NCBI GenBank assembly: GCA_048940925.1
Contig: JBHLOC010000014.1
Coordinates: forward strand, 1 to 15,083
DNA: 15,083 nucleotides
Origin: Promethearchaeota archaeon
GTDB taxonomy: Archaea > Asgardarchaeota > Lokiarchaeia > Sigyniarchaeales > SOKP01
Direction of reading: 5' to 3'
This document shows, piece after piece, positions 7,735 through 14,115 of this stretch (the stretch's first letter is position 1; each line of letters starts with the position of its first letter). The translations under genes were made by a program, and so were the position numbers. Under the pieces are notes generated by a model. The model worked only from the letters and a program-made list of their open reading frames with translations, searched no databases and was not told the origin of the DNA.

Positions 7735-7821
7735 CGATATGTTCGATATTTAATATATCATAAATCGAATATCAATTAATTAATATTAAATCAACTATAT
7801 AAATATATCGAAATCGAATAT
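7735..7821 (-). promoter_or_regulatory. padR-hsp20 promoter with TATA box and repeated operator-like elements
   Basis: Minus-strand TTTATATA at 7803-7796. Near-direct repeats (+ strand) AATATATC-AT-AAATCGAATAT 7752-7772 and AATATATC-G-AAATCGAATAT 7802-7821. Palindrome GATAT-N5-ATATC at 7745-7759 and TTCGAT-N16-ATCGAA at 7742-7769. Confidence 0.6.
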
Positions 7822-7902
7822 TCTGTAAGATGTGAGAAAGTTGTAAAAAAGAACATTCTTTTGATGCTGTAGTATATTAACATATATACTAATGCCCTTT
7901 TA

Positions 7903-7922
7903 TCTAATTAGGTCTAATTAGG
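7903..7922. repeat. Perfect tandem 10-mer repeat (TCTAATTAGG x2)
   Basis: Copies at 7903-7912 and 7913-7922, each containing the palindrome CTAATTAG. Confidence 0.85.
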
Positions 7923-8081
7923 GAAATGTAAAAAACACTTGCTATGATAATTAATAGAATATATAATCTTGGTTTTAATAATATATGATTACTTGAACAT
8001 TAATTCGAGAAATTCTTTATAATAACACGAATAAATGGAAAAATAAGTTTATTTTTTAAAAAATGAATATTTGTTAAGATT

Positions 8082-8813
8082 ATGTTAGCACAATTATCAG
8101 CTTTTGAAGTTTTTTATGGAAGTTTCACATTCGCATCTGTTATTATATCTACATTATTAGGTCTTTTCATTGCATTAAAATATAGAGAACATAAAAAAGT
8201 AGAATTACTATTAGTTGGAATTACATGGATTCTACTAGCAAGTCCTTACTGGTCCGATGCAATACAATTTATTATAGTTATGGTATCAAACACAGAATTA
8301 AACCCTCCAATATATTTCTTTTTAGCTAATGCTTTTATTGCACCCATTCACATTACTTGGGCTTATGTTTTCACATCTCTTCTTTTTAAAAAGCAGAAAA
8401 AGATACTCTTGGTCTTTTTTGGATCTGAAGCCACTATATTTGAAATTGCGTTCTTAATTATATTTTTCATTGATCCAACTTTAATTGGTACTCCACAAAG
8501 TTATTTTGTGGTAGAGTGGGCGATATGGGTTCAAATTTATTTATTATTTTCTATAATTCTTTTCTTAATTACAGGATTTCTGTTTGCAAGGGCAAGTCTT
8601 AAATCAGAAAATCCTGAACTTAAATTAAAAGGAAAATTTTTAATTTTAGCATTCATAACTTTTACCATTGGAACTATAATAGATGTCATTGGAGCAGAAA
8701 GCCCTACAGAAATAATAATTCTTCTTGCGAGAACTTTTGTAATTATCAGTTCTATTAGTTTTTATATTGGATATACACTTCCTAAATTCATTAAGGATCG
8801 ACTTATAAAATAA
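8082..8813 (+). CDS. Stand-alone seven-transmembrane protein (HisKA_7TM-like sensor topology, no output domain)
   Basis: Seven hydrophobic segments (about aa 9-33, 42-66, 77-101, 108-130, 146-170, 186-204, 211-232). Basic loops after TM1, TM3 and TM5 and a basic tail imply N-out/C-in. The family assignment is from recall of similar Asgard proteins and is not verified. Confidence 0.75.
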   Translation: MLAQLSAFEVFYGSFTFASVIISTLLGLFIALKYREHKKVELLLVGITWILLASPYWSDAIQFIIVMVSNTELNPPIYFFLANAFIAPIHITWAYVFTSLLFKKQKKILLVFFGSEATIFEIAFLIIFFIDPTLIGTPQSYFVVEWAIWVQIYLLFSIILFLITGFLFARASLKSENPELKLKGKFLILAFITFTIGTIIDVIGAESPTEIIILLARTFVIISSISFYIGYTLPKFIKDRLIK

Positions 8814-8845
8814 AAGATTTACTATCTTTATATTAAATTAACATC

Positions 8846-8852
8846 TTTTTTT
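8846..8852 (+). terminator. T7 tract after the 7TM gene
   Basis: TTTTTTT 33 nt downstream of the stop at 8813, in pyrimidine-rich context. Confidence 0.4.
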
Positions 8853-9070
8853 CCTTATCTATATAATATCAGGATATTATCCTTATATTTGCATATATTC
8901 GCGAAATGAAGCTTTCACGAACATCACTACTAAATAACTATTTTTGAGACTCAATTATAAAAACTAACCTTTAGGCTATTACAATTGCACCGATATTAAA
9001 AAAAGATAAAGCTATAATTTCTAAACTGATTTCAAATTCCATGGGAATTACCTATATACATTCGCTTTTT

Positions 9071-10027
9071 TCATTTTATAGATTTTAATTTAATCATAAT
9101 ATGTTTAAGCATTTGAAATCCTACCTTTATCATATCATTAAGGTTGTTTTCCACACCAAATTTAATATAGTGTAGACAAGTACATCCATATAAGAATTTC
9201 ATTCTCTCTTTAAAATAAGGATCCATCTTCTTTTTATAACTAGCTAAAAGTTTCTCTAAAAAAATATTCCCTTCCTCATAAAAAATAAAATCAGTTGCGG
9301 GGTCATAAAGTCTCGATTCTTCAAAATCAATTATTCCAGTAATCATAAAAGTATTAGGATCGACGAGTATGTTACTCGTATCAAAATCTCCATGAATAAT
9401 AGTTGGTGTAAAATTAAAATTTTTCTCTTTAGTTAGAAATGAGTTGAAATGATTTGACACCCAAATTTTTTGGTATAATTTCATTAAAGGAAATACATTA
9501 GTTTGGATTTGATCGAAATAATTTTGCCATTCTTGCCTGTATTTATCAGGTGTTAAAATTACTTCAATAATCTTATTATTTATTGCTTTTTCTACAAGTT
9601 TATCTGAGTGAAGTTGAGACAAAAACACACCAATTTCATTAGCAATTTTAATTTTTTCTATTTTGGAAGTTTTATTAAAACATTTTGATAGAGAAATCCC
9701 ATTTATTTTTTTGTATCCAAAAAAAGGATTACTAAATTCTCTTGAAATAAAAATAGGCATAGGAATTTCTATAGAGACATATTTTTGGATAAAATTTAGC
9801 ATTTTTATTTCATGATTAATAAGATGAACTCCTTTATAATTTCGAAAAAGTCTATCTGGAAATCGAAAAATATATTTATTATTTACTTCAAAAACATTAT
9901 ATGTTCCATGATAACAGAATTTAATCTGATTTTCCTTTATTTCTGGGAGAAAAACTTGAAGAGAATTAAAGACATCATTTTGAGAAATATCTTGTTTTCT
10001 TTTTTCTTCGTAATTTATCAATGTCAC
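9071..10027 (-). CDS. Aminoglycoside phosphotransferase / choline kinase (APH) family protein
   Basis: G...VFEVN..YIFRFP N-lobe, E...L, LSQLH, Brenner motif IIHGDFDTSNILV, GIIDFE and DPATDF. Confidence 0.92.
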   Translation of the reverse strand: MTLINYEEKRKQDISQNDVFNSLQVFLPEIKENQIKFCYHGTYNVFEVNNKYIFRFPDRLFRNYKGVHLINHEIKMLNFIQKYVSIEIPMPIFISREFSNPFFGYKKINGISLSKCFNKTSKIEKIKIANEIGVFLSQLHSDKLVEKAINNKIIEVILTPDKYRQEWQNYFDQIQTNVFPLMKLYQKIWVSNHFNSFLTKEKNFNFTPTIIHGDFDTSNILVDPNTFMITGIIDFEESRLYDPATDFIFYEEGNIFLEKLLASYKKKMDPYFKERMKFLYGCTCLHYIKFGVENNLNDMIKVGFQMLKHIMIKLKSIK

Positions 10028-10184
10028 ATTATGTTTTTTTAGTTCAATTTAATTACTCATAAACTGTCTTAAAAGTTAGATATTCTCTTCTATATTAAAA
10101 TGATACCAAAAAAAAATTTTTATCAAGTCTTATTTAAAATGTATCTAGCTTAATATTATATAAATTTAATACTTTCTAATTCTA

Positions 10185-10988
10185 ATGAGAGAAAATAGCT
10201 TTAAAGAAATCGAATATTTTACTGATGAGGAATATGAAAAAGCCTTTGCAAATTTTTGCTCATTTCGGGAAAAAATTAGTGTTGAATTAGTAAATTTCGG
10301 TCTTCTAGAAAGTCATTATATAATAGATTTAGCTGCAGGACATGGTTTTCTTTCTTTTGCAATAAATAAATTGGGATATAAAGGACAAGTTTTATGTATT
10401 GGTTTACCTAATGATTATAATACATATAAAAGAGTATTAGAATCTGGTAATTATTCTTCTAAAAATATCCAATATTGTATTATGGATACTTCACAAATGG
10501 GTTTTCGAGATGGTACAATTAATTTCATTACTAATTTTTTAGGTTTAGAAGATATAAATATGTTGGGTGGTAAAAAAGCAATTACCTATACACTTTCTGA
10601 AACAAGTAGATTATTAAGAGATCCTGGGATTCTACAAATTTCTATCCTTTTGAAAGGATCAGAACCATCCAGTAAATTGAATTGGAAATTATGGAAATAT
10701 ATTGGATTAAATAGTATCTTTTACAAACCAAAGTTTTATACTAAAAAATTAAAAAATCTTGGTTTTAATTTGCAGAAATCATTTCAATTAAAGACATTCA
10801 AAAAGATGACTTTAAATCAGGCAAGAGAAGAAATATTATTTGCTTGCAAAGAAACACCTAAAATATTTAATAAATATAAGGTGAAATCCAAAAGTTTCGA
10901 GAAAGTTTGGGAAAAATTTAAACATAATATAAAGAAATACGGGCTTGCCTTTTATCCAGAAATATTAATTTTAATTTTTCAGAAATAA
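10185..10988 (+). CDS. Class I SAM-dependent methyltransferase
   Basis: Motif I IIDLAAGHGFLS, MDTSQMGF.DG.INFI and LSE.SRLLRDPGIL. Substrate unknown. Confidence 0.85.
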   Translation: MRENSFKEIEYFTDEEYEKAFANFCSFREKISVELVNFGLLESHYIIDLAAGHGFLSFAINKLGYKGQVLCIGLPNDYNTYKRVLESGNYSSKNIQYCIMDTSQMGFRDGTINFITNFLGLEDINMLGGKKAITYTLSETSRLLRDPGILQISILLKGSEPSSKLNWKLWKYIGLNSIFYKPKFYTKKLKNLGFNLQKSFQLKTFKKMTLNQAREEILFACKETPKIFNKYKVKSKSFEKVWEKFKHNIKKYGLAFYPEILILIFQK

Positions 10989-11036
10989 TGATATTATCTT
11001 TTGATATTAGGAAAATATAAATTTAGAATTATAAAA

Positions 11037-11044
11037 TTTATATT
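11037..11044 (+). promoter_or_regulatory. Candidate TATA box for the permease operon
   Basis: AAAA-TTTATATT about 32 nt upstream of ATG 11076, with no SD. Compatible with a leaderless or short-leader transcript. Confidence 0.35.
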
Positions 11045-11075
11045 GCTGTTTTGAATAATGGAATTTTGTTAAAAA

Positions 11076-12098
11076 ATGAGTTTTTCTCGATATATTGTGA
11101 GAAGAATTTTCACATCAATAATCACTATTTTGGGAATCTTAGTTATTACATTCTTTATAACAAGAGCCTTACCTGGTGATCCAGCTTGGTTAAGATTGCC
11201 TCAAAGAGCTACTTATGAAGAATATTTAGCTCAAAGAAAGAGGTTGGGATTAGACAAACCCTTTTTTATACAGTTTATAATTTTTGTAAAAGATATGTTT
11301 ACAGGGAACTGGGGTCTTTCTTACACATTGACAAGAGACTCACCAGTTTGGGGATTGGTTATGCAAAAATTACCCCGTTCTTTAGAAATTATGTTTATTA
11401 GTATGATTATTGCAATCATATTTGGTTTAATGTTAGGAAAAATCACAGGTGCTAACATAAATTCAAAAAAAGATATTTTAATTAGATGTGTCTCATACTT
11501 TTTTGTCTCAATTCCTGCGTTCGTGCTAATTCTCTTTTTTATGCAATTATATGTTAATACCCCTCTCAGGATATTTCCTATGTTTGGTTATAAAACATTT
11601 AATTATGAGGAACCTCCTACAATTACAAATTTTCCTTTATTTGATAGTTTAATTTCTGGAAATTTTTATCTCTTTATTGATTTATTATGGCATTTAATTG
11701 TTCCTGTTTCAGCAATGACATTAATACAATTAGTAATAATTATGAGACAGACTCGAGCCAGTATGATAGAAACAATGGAACAAGATTTTATTCTTGTTGC
11801 TCAAGCAAAAGGATGTACCAATAAATATATTAGGAATAAACATGCATTTAAAAATGCAGTTCCTCCAGGAATTATTGCTTCGGGAACAGGTTTCGCTATC
11901 ATTTTAGGAGGAATGGTTGCTGTAGAAAGACTCTATTATCTTCCTGGCTTAGGATGGATGTTTCATGACGCAATTATCTATTCTGATTATAATATTATTA
12001 CTGCAACTGTTTTTGTTTTTTCTATTGTATCAATTATTTTCAACCTTATTTCGGATTTATTAATAGCTATGCTTGATCCTCGTGTTAGATTAAAATGA
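11076..12098 (+). CDS. dppB: Dipeptide/oligopeptide/nickel ABC transporter permease, DppB/OppB family
   Basis: YIVRRI, LPGDPA, LGLDKP...QF, GNWGLS, LPRSLE, SIPAF, HLIVP, EAA-like MEQDFILVAQAKG, KHAFKNA, PGLG and DLL.A.LDPRVR. Confidence 0.93.
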   Translation: MSFSRYIVRRIFTSIITILGILVITFFITRALPGDPAWLRLPQRATYEEYLAQRKRLGLDKPFFIQFIIFVKDMFTGNWGLSYTLTRDSPVWGLVMQKLPRSLEIMFISMIIAIIFGLMLGKITGANINSKKDILIRCVSYFFVSIPAFVLILFFMQLYVNTPLRIFPMFGYKTFNYEEPPTITNFPLFDSLISGNFYLFIDLLWHLIVPVSAMTLIQLVIIMRQTRASMIETMEQDFILVAQAKGCTNKYIRNKHAFKNAVPPGIIASGTGFAIILGGMVAVERLYYLPGLGWMFHDAIIYSDYNIITATVFVFSIVSIIFNLISDLLIAMLDPRVRLK

Positions 12099-12130
12099 CA
12101 GTTTAGATTTAAAAATAAAGATGATACTTT

Positions 12131-13138
12131 ATGATTCAGGATAAAATAAGAGACAGAAACGATGTAGAAATTGAGAAAGTAGTTATTTCAGATAGAGAAT
12201 CATGGTTAAGTAGAACTCTGAAATTTATTTTTATCCCTAAATATCGGCTTAAACAATTAAATCCGGAATTATTTGATCAAATAAATTTCAAAAAGAAAAG
12301 ACAATATCGTAATTGGTTAAAATCTCCTCTAACTATTATTGGAATTGTAATTGTTTTTGTAATAATAAATTTTGCAATATTTGATTCATGGTTTGCTCCA
12401 TATAGTTATGAAGAAACCAGATATTCCTTTTTTGAAAACCCTTATTCTCCTCCTTCCTCACAACATTTATTAGGAACGGGTTTTTCTGGTGAAGATATAC
12501 TTTCCAAAATCATCTATGGAACGAGATATTCATTATTAATAGCAATTTCAGCAGTAGGTATTAGTTTAGTACTGGGTATATTATTAGGTATATTTTCAGG
12601 TTATTATGGGGGATGGATTGATGCGATTATGATGAGAATTATAGATATCATTTTAGCATTCCCGGGCCTAATATTTGCTATGGCGATTCTTGCAATATGG
12701 GGATCCTCAATTGAGAAAATGATTTTAATTTTAGGGATTATAGGAACACCTTATTTTGCTCGATTAATGAGAATGTCTGTAATGCGAATAAAAGAGATGG
12801 AATATGTTTCTGCAGCAAGAGTTGTAGGCGCGAACAATCGAAGGATCATGTTTCGACATATTCTACCAAATTCTTTCGATCCAATCCTTATCTCTATAAG
12901 TTTCGATATAGGTAGATTGATTATTAATATTGCTATACTATCATTTTTAGGTTTTGGAGATTTTCGATTTATTTTATGGGGTGATCAGCTTTTTCATGCA
13001 GCTGAAAACATGTGGATAGCGCCATGGGCATCTTTATGGCCATGTGTAATGATTTTAATTTCCGTTTTAGGCTTTATGCTACTCGGTGATGGTCTACGCG
13101 ATGCTTTGGATCCCAGATATCAGTACAAAACCATTTAA
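12131..13138 (+). CDS. dppC: Dipeptide/oligopeptide/nickel ABC transporter permease, DppC/OppC family
   Basis: APY, PPS.QHLLGT...GEDILSKIIYGTRYSL, SGYYGGWID..MMR..D...AFP, EAA motif EYVSAARVVGA, RHILPN, LSFLGFG and GDGLRDALDPR. Confidence 0.95.
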   Translation: MIQDKIRDRNDVEIEKVVISDRESWLSRTLKFIFIPKYRLKQLNPELFDQINFKKKRQYRNWLKSPLTIIGIVIVFVIINFAIFDSWFAPYSYEETRYSFFENPYSPPSSQHLLGTGFSGEDILSKIIYGTRYSLLIAISAVGISLVLGILLGIFSGYYGGWIDAIMMRIIDIILAFPGLIFAMAILAIWGSSIEKMILILGIIGTPYFARLMRMSVMRIKEMEYVSAARVVGANNRRIMFRHILPNSFDPILISISFDIGRLIINIAILSFLGFGDFRFILWGDQLFHAAENMWIAPWASLWPCVMILISVLGFMLLGDGLRDALDPRYQYKTI

Positions 13139-13161
13139 TCTTATCTTTGTTTATAATAATC

Positions 13162-13953
13162 ATGAACCAATATAGGAATTTTGAGAATATAAAAGGAATT
13201 TTAGCTGATATTGATGGAACACTTTATTTTAAGGGAGTTCCAATTTCAGGAGCTATAGAGACAATTTCTAAATTACGTGAATTAGGTATAAAATTCCTAT
13301 TTTTCACAAACACAGACAGTAAAACCCCTAAAACAATTTTACACCTGATGCGTGATTACGGATTTACAATTACTGAAGAGGAGATTTTTACACCAATTAT
13401 AGCTTTGAAAGAATTCTTATCTAAAAATAAAGATAAAAGATCTTTTTTAGTTACAACCATAGAAGTTGAGAAGGAATTTCAAGAATTTCCTTTAGTTGAG
13501 GGGTCTGAGATTCCTGATTATGTAATTTTAGGTGATTTTCATGATAATTGGGATGTTAATCGATTAAATCAAGCCTTTAAATATGTAATGAAAGGTGCTA
13601 AACTTCTAGGAACGCAAGGTAATAAATTTTATCTTGATCATAATGGTGAACCAGTTATAGATACAGGCTCATTTGTACAAATGATCGCAAACGCAGCGAA
13701 TGTAACTCCTAAAATATTCGGAAAACCATCAAAGGAATATTTTTTACAAGCTTTAAACAAGCTTAATCTTAATCGAGATGATACTATTGTTATTGGAGAT
13801 GATATTGAATCAGATATTCAAGGAGCTATTAATGCAGGTATTCAAGGAATCTTAGTAAGAACTGGAAAAGGGAAATTATTTGAGTTGAAAGAATCAAAAA
13901 TAAAACCTAATAAAATAATTAATTCTTTCAGTTCTATTCTAGAATTGATTTAA
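13162..13953 (+). CDS. HAD-superfamily subfamily IIA hydrolase, LHPP/HDHD2-like phosphatase
   Basis: Motif I DIDGTL, motif II FFTNT, motif III GKPS, motif IV IGDDIESDIQGA and LVRTGK. ATG 13162 is preferred over TTG 13147. Confidence 0.9.
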   Translation: MNQYRNFENIKGILADIDGTLYFKGVPISGAIETISKLRELGIKFLFFTNTDSKTPKTILHLMRDYGFTITEEEIFTPIIALKEFLSKNKDKRSFLVTTIEVEKEFQEFPLVEGSEIPDYVILGDFHDNWDVNRLNQAFKYVMKGAKLLGTQGNKFYLDHNGEPVIDTGSFVQMIANAANVTPKIFGKPSKEYFLQALNKLNLNRDDTIVIGDDIESDIQGAINAGIQGILVRTGKGKLFELKESKIKPNKIINSFSSILELI

Positions 13954-14047
13954 AATTACATAGATAAAAAATAAATAATATAAAACATTGAGAGTCCAAT
14001 TTTTATAAATCTGTAAATTATTTGAGTAATTTCTTTTGACCAAAACA

Positions 14048-14078
14048 TTTAAATATTGTTTTCTGTGTATGATTCATA
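14048..14078 (+). promoter_or_regulatory. Candidate TATA box plus downstream palindrome upstream of the CBS gene
   Basis: TTTAAATA at 14048-14055 preceded by CAAAACA. Perfect inverted repeat TATGA-T-TCATA at 14068-14078. Confidence 0.4.
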
Positions 14079-14115
14079 ACAACACTATTTAACAGAAAAA
14101 AGAGATTTTTAATTC

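Noticed and set aside
7752-7821. Mini-CRISPR interpretation of the two ~20-nt repeats separated by 29 nt
   Set aside because: Only two imperfect copies, no cas genes, and the position over a promoter fits operators better.
8082-8813. Rhodopsin or true GPCR assignment for the 7TM protein
   Set aside because: No retinal-binding Lys in TM7 and no DRY/NPxxY motifs.
9812-10042. 76-aa + strand ORF from the track
   Set aside because: Antisense to the APH kinase, with low-complexity I/F/K composition typical of shadow frames.
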